The notes beneath the pieces were generated by a model. It ran no database searches. It had not been told where the DNA came from and saw only the letters and a list, made by a program, of their open reading frames with translations. From Clostridiales bacterium (GTDB lineage Bacteria > Bacillota > Clostridia > Christensenellales > UBA1242): a stretch of 64,000 nt of DNA. The stretch spans positions 1,109 to 65,108 of the forward strand of contig SVHX01000001.1 of the NCBI GenBank assembly GCA_015055665.1, written 5' to 3'. Each line of letters begins with the position of its first letter. Position 1 is the first letter of the stretch. Shown here one piece after another: positions 47,637 to 56,475 of this stretch. The position numbers and the translations under genes are program-made.

Positions 47637-48695
47637 ATGGATCAAAATTATTTTGTACAGCGAGATGAAGATAATATTCTTAAGCTTAGAGAGATTAGGC
47701 GCACATTGCCTGCTTTCTGTGGAGAGTTCTTTCGAGGAATAGAGCCTAATTCGACACCCCTAACCCGCCTTGGATATGCGAGAGATCTTAAGATTTTTTT
47801 TGATTTTCTGGTTACAGAAACAGAAGAGTTTTATGGCAAGCCTATTCTTCAATTTGATATAGAGGATCTAAACAAGCTTACATCCACGCACCTAGAAATG
47901 TTCCTTGAATATATATCGCTGTATAGAGTTAATGGCAAGACGGTTAAAAATGGCGAGAAAGCCAAGTGTCGTAAACTTAGTAGCATAAGAGCTATGCTTA
48001 AGTACTTCTACAAGAAGGAAGCAATTAAATCTAATGTCGCATCTAAGATAGACACTCCTAAGATACATGAATCTCAGATTATTAGGCTGGAATTAGATGA
48101 GGTTGGCAAAGTTCTTGATCTAGCCGAAACTGGTCAGGATATGACCAAGATGCAACAAGGATTTCACAAACACACTCAAGCTCGAGATTATGCAATGTTG
48201 TCACTTTTTCTTGGAACTGGTATTCGTATTTCCGAGTGTGTCGGACTTAATATAGATGATTTTGATTTCAAGCAGAACGCCTTTAAGGTAACTCGCAAAG
48301 GTGGCAATAGAGTAATACTCTATTTTAACGAAGAAGTAGCGGATGCCCTACAAAATTACATATTAGAACGCAAAAATGTCAAAGCTCAACCAGGTAGCGA
48401 AAAAGCCCTATTCTTAAGCCTACAGAACCGAAGAATATCTTGTCGTGCCGTAGAAAATCTGGTTAAGAAGTATAGCAAAATTATTAACCCACTTAAGAAA
48501 ATTACTCCACATAAATTGCGTAGCACCTTTGGTACTAACCTATATCGCGAAACCAATGATATATATATCGTTGCGGATGTCTTAGGACACAAAGATGTTA
48601 ATACAACTCGTAAACACTATGCTGCAATTTCGGAGGATATCAGAAGAAGTGCTGCTCAGAAAGTTAGGTTTAGAGAATCTCAAAAAGTTGAATAA
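47637..48695 (+). CDS. Tyrosine site-specific recombinase (XerC/XerD-like integrase family)
   Basis: It has an N-terminal SAM-like core-binding domain (TRLGYARDLKIFFDFL). The C-terminal catalytic domain has R (GTGIRISE), HKLRSTF, LGHKDVNTTRKHY (the H-x-x-R...H...Y pattern). An AGAGGGG RBS precedes the start. Confidence 0.85.
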   Translation: MDQNYFVQRDEDNILKLREIRRTLPAFCGEFFRGIEPNSTPLTRLGYARDLKIFFDFLVTETEEFYGKPILQFDIEDLNKLTSTHLEMFLEYISLYRVNGKTVKNGEKAKCRKLSSIRAMLKYFYKKEAIKSNVASKIDTPKIHESQIIRLELDEVGKVLDLAETGQDMTKMQQGFHKHTQARDYAMLSLFLGTGIRISECVGLNIDDFDFKQNAFKVTRKGGNRVILYFNEEVADALQNYILERKNVKAQPGSEKALFLSLQNRRISCRAVENLVKKYSKIINPLKKITPHKLRSTFGTNLYRETNDIYIVADVLGHKDVNTTRKHYAAISEDIRRSAAQKVRFRESQKVE

Positions 48696-48701
48696 AAGGT
48701 A

Positions 48702-48740
48702 GAACAAATGTTTGACAGGGGCTTTGCTTCGTGATATAAT
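48702..48740 (+). promoter_or_regulatory. lexA promoter (TTGACA, 17 nt spacer, TATAAT) with an overlapping SOS (LexA/Cheo-type) box GAACAAATGTTT
   Basis: The box is at 48702-48713 and overlaps the -35 hexamer at 48712-48717. The -10 hexamer is at 48735-48740. The same core, AACAAATGTTT, occurs at the recA promoter. Confidence 0.7.
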
Positions 48741-48776
48741 ACCTATATAATATTAATTGGAGCAAGGAGATTAACA

Positions 48777-49412
48777 ATGCCTAAGTATTCTAAAGAAGAT
48801 CAACTATATGATTATATAAGAAGTTATAAGAACGAGAACGGTTTTCCCCCTACTATAAGAGAGATGTGCAAGGCTATTAAGGTAAGGTCTACAAGTACAA
48901 TTTTCTATTATCTTAATAAACTTGAGAATTCTAATAAAATTAAGAAAAATCCTAATAAAAATAGGGCTCTTGAAATTGTCGAAAGCGAGAAAAATATTAA
49001 TATACCAACTATTAGCACCATAGCTGAGAATATTGATAATCTTACTAGAATTCCTGTTCTTGGAACTGTTACTTGTGGAGAGCCAATTCTTGCTGTTCAG
49101 ACTAATGAAGAATACTTTATGGTATCTCCTACATTATTCAAAGGCAATGACTTATTTATGCTAACCGCCAAGGGTGACAGTATGATCAATGCTGGAATAT
49201 ATGATGGTGACAAGATTGTCCTTAAGCAACAGTCGTATGCTGATAATGGAGATATTGTTGCAGCACTAATTGAAGATAGTGCTACAATTAAGCGTTTTTA
49301 TAAGGAAGACGGCCATTACAGATTACAACCAGAAAATGATACAATGTCCCCTATTATCGTGGATAATGTACAGATTATTGGTAAAGTTGTTGGACTTGTT
49401 CGTAAATTCTAA
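48777..49412 (+). CDS. lexA: LexA repressor
   Basis: It has an N-terminal wHTH (GFPPTIREMCKAIKVRSTSTIFYYLNKLE) and a C-terminal S24 peptidase domain (GDSMINAGIYDGDKIV...ATIKRFY). Confidence 0.95.
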   Translation: MPKYSKEDQLYDYIRSYKNENGFPPTIREMCKAIKVRSTSTIFYYLNKLENSNKIKKNPNKNRALEIVESEKNINIPTISTIAENIDNLTRIPVLGTVTCGEPILAVQTNEEYFMVSPTLFKGNDLFMLTAKGDSMINAGIYDGDKIVLKQQSYADNGDIVAALIEDSATIKRFYKEDGHYRLQPENDTMSPIIVDNVQIIGKVVGLVRKF

Positions 49413-49416
49413 AACA

Positions 49417-49450
49417 AAAAACTCTAATACGTATTGTGTTAGAGTTTTTT
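49417..49450. terminator. Bidirectional terminator between lexA and miaA
   Basis: The stem is AACTCTAA/TTAGAGTT with an 11-nt loop, flanked by an A-run on one side and a T-run on the other. Confidence 0.65.
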
Positions 49451-49468
49451 ACATGTAATTAATTTTAT

Positions 49469-50383
49469 TTAAGAATTATATAATTTGATTATATTATCAA
49501 TTATATTCTTGTCCTCAAGCGGATTAAACCAATGTATATCAGGATTTCTTTTGAACCAAGTAATTTGCCTTTTGGCATAATTACGAGTATGTTGTTTAAT
49601 TTTTTCGATAGCTTCATCTAGAGATATTGATCCAGTAAGATAATCCACTATTTCTTTGTAACCAATGCCTTTCATAGACTGGGAGTTGTCAGGGGTTATA
49701 TTTCTCGAAAGTAGTCCCTGCACCTCTTCTAGTAATCCATCTTGAATCATGATATCAACGCGTTGGTTGATTCGAGAATACAGAACACTTCGATCCATGG
49801 TAAGCCCTATAAAAAGCGGATTATTGATAATAGGGACTTCGGAATTTTGCAAAGAATTGCTTGTATCTTGGTTTTGCATTGCAATTTCTAGTGCTCTAAT
49901 TACCCTAACAGTATCATTAATATGTAGTCTATCTGCGGCTTCTGGATTTAACGCACGAAGTTTGTTATGGATATATTCCTTGCCATGCTTTTCAAGTTCC
50001 GTATTTAATTGTTTTCGGATATCATCATTATGGATAGCGTTGCCATAAGAGTAATCTTTGACTAGACTATCTATATAAAAGCCTGTTCCCCCTACAATTA
50101 TCGGTAAAATTCCCCTGCTTTTAAAATTATTAATTGTATCTTTTGCTAGATTGCGATAATCTACTACATTAAAATCTTCTTCTGGTCTTGCAACATCAAT
50201 TAGATGGTGCTTAACACCATCCATTTCTGCCGCTGTTGGCTTTGCTGTGCCAATACTAAGCTCTTTGTAGATATACATACTATCTGCGTTAATAATCTCC
50301 GTATTAAGAGCTTTTGCGAGCGAAATTGATATACTTGTCTTGCCGGTTGCTGTTGCTCCTAATATTATAATTGCATCATACAT
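49469..50383 (-). CDS. miaA: tRNA dimethylallyltransferase
   Basis: P-loop IILGATATGKTS, then GGTGFY and the IPP-transferase core. I chose the start at MYDAIIILG (50383) because the ORF-track extension overlaps mutL. Confidence 0.93.
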   Translation of the reverse strand: MYDAIIILGATATGKTSISISLAKALNTEIINADSMYIYKELSIGTAKPTAAEMDGVKHHLIDVARPEEDFNVVDYRNLAKDTINNFKSRGILPIIVGGTGFYIDSLVKDYSYGNAIHNDDIRKQLNTELEKHGKEYIHNKLRALNPEAADRLHINDTVRVIRALEIAMQNQDTSNSLQNSEVPIINNPLFIGLTMDRSVLYSRINQRVDIMIQDGLLEEVQGLLSRNITPDNSQSMKGIGYKEIVDYLTGSISLDEAIEKIKQHTRNYAKRQITWFKRNPDIHWFNPLEDKNIIDNIIKLYNS

Positions 50384-50387
50384 TATG

Positions 50388-52373
50388 TTATACAATCCTT
50401 TTGAACCATTTTTCAATTTCTTTTTTGCTAACTTCAATTACTATTGGTCTACCATGAGGACATAATAGTACTTGTCCGTCTTCACTGAGTTGCTTTAATA
50501 GTTGACTAATTTCGTCTTTGCTTAGCTTGTCATTGGCTTTTACAGCACTGCGACAAGCTTTCTTAGCAATATAATCCTTAATTGAATCTCCTCTAGACAA
50601 TACTAATTTACCATCTAAGTTAGTTAGTATTTCATCAAAGAACTTATCGAGGTCTAGATTATCAAATAGCAATGGCACTGTCGAAATTTTGAAGGAACTA
50701 TCGCCAAATGCTTCAATATCGATTCCCATAGAGATAAGAACATCAATATTATTGGATATAAATGATGCTTCTGTATAATTGATATCTAATATGTAAGGTA
50801 TCATAAGTGGTTGAACGGCAATATTTTTGGACTCTAGTTCTGCATTGAATTTATCAAAGAGTAATCGCTCATGACCAGCATGCTGGTCTATTACTAGCAT
50901 TTTATCGTCTTTTTCAACTAAGATATATGTATTAAATAACGAACCTATTACATTGATTTCGTCATTAAATAAAACACTTTCTTGCTGGCTATTAGTGGTA
51001 TTAGTAATGTCGCCATATATTTGGTTACTATCCTCGGTGTCGAGTTTCATATCAACTTGAGTGTTGTTATCTTCCATTTGCGGTCTCGTATTCTGAGCAA
51101 TTTTATATTCAAATGGTCTAAAAGGAGCCGGCTCTTTGTAATTGAAATTTTCAGATTTGGCTATTTCTAATGATTTATTAAACTCCTCGACTTCGACTTG
51201 TTTTTTGTTAGATTCGTATTCGACTTCCTTGGTAAGAGTAACTTCGATAATCTCATCATTATCTTTGCTACTTGGCTTGTTTTCTTGAGAATCTATATTA
51301 TTATAATTTGAGCCAATGTTGTCTAATACTTTAAGTTTGCTTTTATCAACCTCTTCTATATCTTCTGAAGAAATGGTCTTGGTGTTGTTGATATTATATA
51401 GAATATTAAGAATCTCGGAATACACAATACCAAATAGCGAGTTACTATCCTCGAATTTGACCTCAAGTTTGTTAGGGTGAACATTAACATCAACTTTATC
51501 AAGCGGGATTTCTAAATTTAGGACAAAGAACGGGAAACCGCCCTTCATCATAAAGTTCTCATAAGCACGATTAATAGCCGTTGATATAGTTTGGTTAATA
51601 ACATACCTGCCATTAATAATTAGTGTCTGATATGTTCTGTTAGCCTTAGAAAATGATGGCTTGCCAATATACCCAGAGAACTTAAAATCCCCTCGCTCGA
51701 ACTTAACATCTAAGATATTGTCTACGATAAGCTTGCCGTAAATTGTATAGATGGCGTCATAGAGCCCCGTGCCAAATGAGTGATAAACAATCTTGTTGTC
51801 TGCTATATATTTAATCGAGATATCAGGATTGGCAAGAATTAGTCGTGATATATAATTGGTGATGTCGTTTTCTTCGAGTTTTGGCTTCCTTAGGAACTTT
51901 TTTCTTGCAGGGATATTATAGAATAGGTCGCTAATAACCATATATGTGCCAGTTGTTGCTCCAATGGGAGAGATTTCACCCATTTCACCACCTTCACAAA
52001 CAACTTGGTAACCTTCTTCGTCATCAGCGGTTTTTGAAGATAAAGTAATTTTTGATACAGACGCAATTGAGCTTAGTGCTTCGCCTCTAAATCCAAGTGT
52101 TCCTATACTTGCTAGATCCTCTACTGATTTTACCTTGCTTGTAGCATGAGCTAAGAAGACTTTGTCATAATCATCTCTTGAGATTCCGCATCCGTTGTCA
52201 GATACCTTAATTTGCTTTATTCCGCCATCTAGTATTTCAATAGTTATACTAGTTGCTCCAGCGTCTATACTATTTTCTACTAATTCTTTGACTACGCTAG
52301 CGGGTTTCTCAACAACTTCGCCAGCAGCAATCTTATTATACACATCTTTGGTTAATACATTAATTCTTGACAT
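50388..52373 (-). CDS. mutL: DNA mismatch repair protein MutL
   Basis: The N-terminal GHKL ATPase has IAAGEVVEKPASVVKELVENSIDAG and DNGCGI. The C-terminal dimerisation/endonuclease region has DQHAGHERLLFD (DQHAxxERxxYE-type) and CPHGRP. Confidence 0.95.
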   Translation of the reverse strand: MSRINVLTKDVYNKIAAGEVVEKPASVVKELVENSIDAGATSITIEILDGGIKQIKVSDNGCGISRDDYDKVFLAHATSKVKSVEDLASIGTLGFRGEALSSIASVSKITLSSKTADDEEGYQVVCEGGEMGEISPIGATTGTYMVISDLFYNIPARKKFLRKPKLEENDITNYISRLILANPDISIKYIADNKIVYHSFGTGLYDAIYTIYGKLIVDNILDVKFERGDFKFSGYIGKPSFSKANRTYQTLIINGRYVINQTISTAINRAYENFMMKGGFPFFVLNLEIPLDKVDVNVHPNKLEVKFEDSNSLFGIVYSEILNILYNINNTKTISSEDIEEVDKSKLKVLDNIGSNYNNIDSQENKPSSKDNDEIIEVTLTKEVEYESNKKQVEVEEFNKSLEIAKSENFNYKEPAPFRPFEYKIAQNTRPQMEDNNTQVDMKLDTEDSNQIYGDITNTTNSQQESVLFNDEINVIGSLFNTYILVEKDDKMLVIDQHAGHERLLFDKFNAELESKNIAVQPLMIPYILDINYTEASFISNNIDVLISMGIDIEAFGDSSFKISTVPLLFDNLDLDKFFDEILTNLDGKLVLSRGDSIKDYIAKKACRSAVKANDKLSKDEISQLLKQLSEDGQVLLCPHGRPIVIEVSKKEIEKWFKRIV

Positions 52374-52381
52374 AATAATCC

Positions 52382-54988
52382 TTATTTTAAGTAATTTTTG
52401 AGTTGAATAAGAACATCAAATGCATTAAGAGGTGTTAAGTTGTTTACATTAAGATCTTCTAATACACCCATGATATTCTTAATATTCTTGTTGTTTTGTT
52501 CGTTCTTGACTGCATAATCAGAATCAAGGCTATTTATGATTTTATGCTCACGTACCATATCATTTTCTTCAAGTACATGAAGTATTTCTCTAGCTCTAGA
52601 TAGCACATCTTCTGGAAGTCCTGCAAGTGACGCCACCTCTATTCCAAAGCTTCTGCTAGCTCCGCCTCTAACTATCTTTCGAAGGAAAATGATACTATTG
52701 TTAAATTCTTTGATAGAAACTTTAAAATTCTTAACTCCATCAAGAAGCCCCTCTAGTTCTGTTAGTTCGTGGTAATGAGTAGAGAATAGTGTCTTACAAG
52801 AATAATTCTTGCTAATATATTCTATAACAGACCAAGCTATACTTAATCCATCGAAGGTAGATGTTCCCCTGCCAATCTCATCAAGTATAAGAAGGCTATT
52901 GTTGGTAGAATTCTTAAGTATGTTACTTACCTCACTCATTTCTACCATGAAAGTACTCTGACCAGTAGATAGGTCGTCACTAGCACCAATTCTTGTAAAT
53001 ATCTTGTCTACTAGTCCAATTTTGGCTGATGCAGCAGGTACAAAGCTACCAATATGAGCCATTAGAGTAATTATAGCTACTTGCCTCATATATGTGCTCT
53101 TACCTGCCATATTAGGTCCAGTAATAATCATTGTTCTGGTGTCGTTAGAATTTAATATTGTGTCGTTAGCTATAAAGTCCTCTTGCTTATTAATTATCTC
53201 GACAACTGGGTGTCTTCCACTAATAATTTCGATACAATCGTAGTTCTTGCTTACAATTGGTTTGCAGTAGTTATTTTCCATTGCAACAGTGCTAAAAGAT
53301 AGCATAACATCCAATTCTGCCAACGCTTTGGCTGTAATCTGCATCTCGGTAAGTTTTGCAAGTAATTGCTCTCTAATATTAGCAAATAACTCCTTTTCTA
53401 AGTTTTCTTTAAGTGACTCGGCATTAAGTATTTTTTCTTCAAGCTCTTTAAGTTCTTCTGTTACATATCTTTCGGAATTTGAGATGGTTTGTTTGCGAAT
53501 ATAGTGATAAGGCACTGCTCCCGATTGAGATTTAGGTACATCAATATAGTATCCAAATACTCTGTTGTAGGATACCTTTAGGTTCTTAATACCTGTTATC
53601 TCTTTTTCTCTAGCCTCTAATTCGCTCAACCAGATTTTGCCTGATTTTGATATATCTATTAGTTCATCAAGCTCTTTATGGAATCCGTATTTTATTGTGT
53701 CGCCATCTTTATTAGGCTTAATAATATTATTTTTGTCTACAATTGCTTTGTCAAGTAAAGTTACAATATCCTGAAATTCGCCTAAACTTTCAAATATCCT
53801 GACTAAGTTAGCGGATTTGAAGTTGCTTAATATTTCTTTTAATTCGGGGATATAACTTAGAGAATTTTTAAGAAGTATACAGTCTGCAGGAAGCAAATTA
53901 TTGTAGCTAATTCGACCACACAAACGCTCTACGTCGTATACGTTGTATAAAATATCTGATAGCTTGCCTCTGGCAACTATGTTTTTGCATAGTTCCTCTA
54001 CGGCGTTAAGTCTAGCAGAAATCTTCTTGTCATCATACAATGGTTGCTCGATATATGTTTTTAATAGTCGAGAGCCCATAGAAGTTCTTGTTTTGTTAAG
54101 CACCCAGTATAGAGAGCCTCTTTTTTTCCTATCCTTAATTGATTCGGTAAGTTCTAGATTACGCCTTGTGCTTGCATCTAATTGCATATACTGAGAATTC
54201 TCATAATACTCGATATTGTTGATGTGTACAAGATGTCTTTTTTGTGTATCTTCTATATACTCAAGTATTGCTCCTGCACTAATAATAGAATATTGTCGCG
54301 AAGATATGCCAAACTTTTTAAGAGTATCGACCTGTAGTTGTTTTTTTAGTATTTCGTGAGCCTTGGCATAGTCGAAATGCTCGTCTGCATATTCTTGTCC
54401 AACAACTGCGTAGGCAGACATTACACAAGGCAATGTGTTGTAATAAGTTAGCATATCTCTAGGCATAATTACTTCGCTAGGCTTAATGCTTACAATATAG
54501 TCGTTAAGTTGAGATAGAGTATTGTCCCCTGTAAACTCGGTCGTTACAAATTTACCCGTAGATATATCTAGACAAGATACGCCCATGTTGTCTTTTTCTT
54601 TGTAGATAGCTACGACATAATTGTTTTTTGATTCATCCAGCATAGAAGAATCAATAACTGTACCTGGAGTAATTACTCTTACAACGCCCCTCTTGACTGG
54701 GGCACCCTTTTGTGGTGCTGTCAATTGCTCGCAGATGGCTACTTTATATCCTTTGTCAAGAAGTCTAGCAATATATGTTTCCGCGGCATGATGAGGGATT
54801 CCGCACATAGGTGCACGCTTTTCTAACCCACAATCTCTACCGGTCAGTGTAAGTTCTAGCTCCCTTGCACAGAGTTCTGCGTCCTCAAAGAACATCTCAT
54901 AAAAGTCGCCCAATCTATAAAATAGTATTGCGTCTTTGTATTCTTGTTTTTTTTCTAAATATTGAGTCATCATTGGTGTTAATGCCAT
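52382..54988 (-). CDS. mutS: DNA mismatch repair protein MutS
   Basis: The mismatch-binding N-terminus reads TPMMTQYLEKKQEYKDAILFYRLGDFYEMF. Walker A is GPNMAGKST, and the C-terminal STHYHEL motif is present. I chose the start at MALTPMM (54988), which is preceded by GGAG. Confidence 0.95.
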   Translation of the reverse strand: MALTPMMTQYLEKKQEYKDAILFYRLGDFYEMFFEDAELCARELELTLTGRDCGLEKRAPMCGIPHHAAETYIARLLDKGYKVAICEQLTAPQKGAPVKRGVVRVITPGTVIDSSMLDESKNNYVVAIYKEKDNMGVSCLDISTGKFVTTEFTGDNTLSQLNDYIVSIKPSEVIMPRDMLTYYNTLPCVMSAYAVVGQEYADEHFDYAKAHEILKKQLQVDTLKKFGISSRQYSIISAGAILEYIEDTQKRHLVHINNIEYYENSQYMQLDASTRRNLELTESIKDRKKRGSLYWVLNKTRTSMGSRLLKTYIEQPLYDDKKISARLNAVEELCKNIVARGKLSDILYNVYDVERLCGRISYNNLLPADCILLKNSLSYIPELKEILSNFKSANLVRIFESLGEFQDIVTLLDKAIVDKNNIIKPNKDGDTIKYGFHKELDELIDISKSGKIWLSELEAREKEITGIKNLKVSYNRVFGYYIDVPKSQSGAVPYHYIRKQTISNSERYVTEELKELEEKILNAESLKENLEKELFANIREQLLAKLTEMQITAKALAELDVMLSFSTVAMENNYCKPIVSKNYDCIEIISGRHPVVEIINKQEDFIANDTILNSNDTRTMIITGPNMAGKSTYMRQVAIITLMAHIGSFVPAASAKIGLVDKIFTRIGASDDLSTGQSTFMVEMSEVSNILKNSTNNSLLILDEIGRGTSTFDGLSIAWSVIEYISKNYSCKTLFSTHYHELTELEGLLDGVKNFKVSIKEFNNSIIFLRKIVRGGASRSFGIEVASLAGLPEDVLSRAREILHVLEENDMVREHKIINSLDSDYAVKNEQNNKNIKNIMGVLEDLNVNNLTPLNAFDVLIQLKNYLK

Positions 54989-55002
54989 AAAAATCTCCAT
55001 TT

Positions 55003-56322
55003 TTAGTTAATAATTTCGGCTATTAGCTTGTTGTTTGCGAATCTAATAATTCTTGCCTTGTAGAATTTGTTAAGTTCAAGAGAAGAATTTTCGATTAAAA
55101 TTGTCTTTCCACTATCGCTTTGGGCAATTGTGTTGTTGTCTTCATGATTAATTGTAAGTATGTTGTAAATTTTCCCAATAGATTGCTTGTTATTGTCCTT
55201 TGTAACTGATTTGGATAATTGAAGTAGTTTGTGAATTCGGTCTTTTTTGGTGTCTTCGTCAATTTGGTTATCCATTTTTGCTGCAACAGTTCCGCTTCTT
55301 TTTGAGAACATAAAGGCAAATACTCCATCATATTTTACATCTTTGACAAGATTGTATGTATCCATGAAATCTTCGTCAGTTTCACCTGGGAACCCAACGA
55401 TTATATCAGTTGATATGTAAGCATCCGGCATGAATTGGCGAATATTCTCGACAACAGACAAGTAATGTTCCCTTGTATATTTGCGGTTCATTAATTTGAG
55501 TATATTATTACTACCTGATTGTACAGGAAGGTGTATGCATTTGCAAATTTTCTCGTTCTCCGCAATGACTTTAATTACATCTAGAGTCAGGTCTTTAGGG
55601 TGTGATGTCATAAACTTGATACGGAAATCCCCTGGAATAGAGGCGATTTCTTTAAGTAAGTTAGCAAAATTAATATTTTCATCATCAATATCGTTGCCAT
55701 AGCTATTAACATTTTGACCAAGCAAAGTTATATACTTGTATCCATCTGCAACAATTGATCTACACTCGGATACAATATCTGCCATATTGCGGCTGCGTTC
55801 TCTTCCTCTAACATAAGGAACAATACAGTAAGAACAGAAGTTGTTGCATCCATAGTTAATATTAACCCAAGCGTTAGAGAATAGCCCATCTCTAGAGATC
55901 TCAATATCTTCGTATATCCCTCTAGCTTCAGGCCAAACATCAATTATGTGTCTTCTGTTGCCTTCTTGATACTGTAGTATTAGATCTTTTAGAGCGTGTA
56001 TATTATGTGTTCCGAAAATAATATCGACAAAAGGGAATTTTGATAATATCATCTCGCTTCGACCTTCTGCTTGTGACATACATCCACAAATAGCAATAAT
56101 AAGATGAGGCTTAGATTTCTTAAGCTTCTTAAGAGCTCCAATATTACCCATAATCTTTTGCTCTACTCCATCTCTGATGCAGCATGTATTAAAGACAATT
56201 ATGTCCGCATCTTTGGTAGTGTCTGCTTGCTCTTTATATCCAAGTGATTGTAGCATACCTGCAAGTTTTTCGCTATCATGTACGTTCATCTGACAGCCAA
56301 ATGTTTTTATATAATATTTCAC
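55003..56322 (-). CDS. miaB: tRNA-2-methylthio-N6-dimethylallyladenosine synthase (radical SAM methylthiotransferase)
   Basis: It has the UPF0004 N-terminus (YIKTFGCQMNVHDSE), the radical-SAM motif CNNFCSYCIVP and a C-terminal TRAM domain. Confidence 0.9.
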   Translation of the reverse strand: MKYYIKTFGCQMNVHDSEKLAGMLQSLGYKEQADTTKDADIIVFNTCCIRDGVEQKIMGNIGALKKLKKSKPHLIIAICGCMSQAEGRSEMILSKFPFVDIIFGTHNIHALKDLILQYQEGNRRHIIDVWPEARGIYEDIEISRDGLFSNAWVNINYGCNNFCSYCIVPYVRGRERSRNMADIVSECRSIVADGYKYITLLGQNVNSYGNDIDDENINFANLLKEIASIPGDFRIKFMTSHPKDLTLDVIKVIAENEKICKCIHLPVQSGSNNILKLMNRKYTREHYLSVVENIRQFMPDAYISTDIIVGFPGETDEDFMDTYNLVKDVKYDGVFAFMFSKRSGTVAAKMDNQIDEDTKKDRIHKLLQLSKSVTKDNNKQSIGKIYNILTINHEDNNTIAQSDSGKTILIENSSLELNKFYKARIIRFANNKLIAEIIN

Positions 56323-56475
56323 TGTTTCTTCCTCTGGATTTATAATAGTTGTTATTAATCAATCTATCTGATTATTTAATAAAATATAGTACAAAATAAG
56401 TATATAATATATTTGCAAAAAATTCAAGTATTTATTAAATTTTTTCTATCGATAATTACTATTATAGGATACAAT

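Noticed and set aside
56413-56475. N-terminal extensions in the ORF track for the PBP gene (56413), thiI (5324), recA (59896), mutS (55000), miaA (50437), the DUF45 gene (45253) and the NTase-like gene (47492).
   Set aside because: In each case an internal ATG is preceded by a better Shine-Dalgarno and/or matches the conserved N-terminus of the family. Some extensions would overlap the upstream gene.
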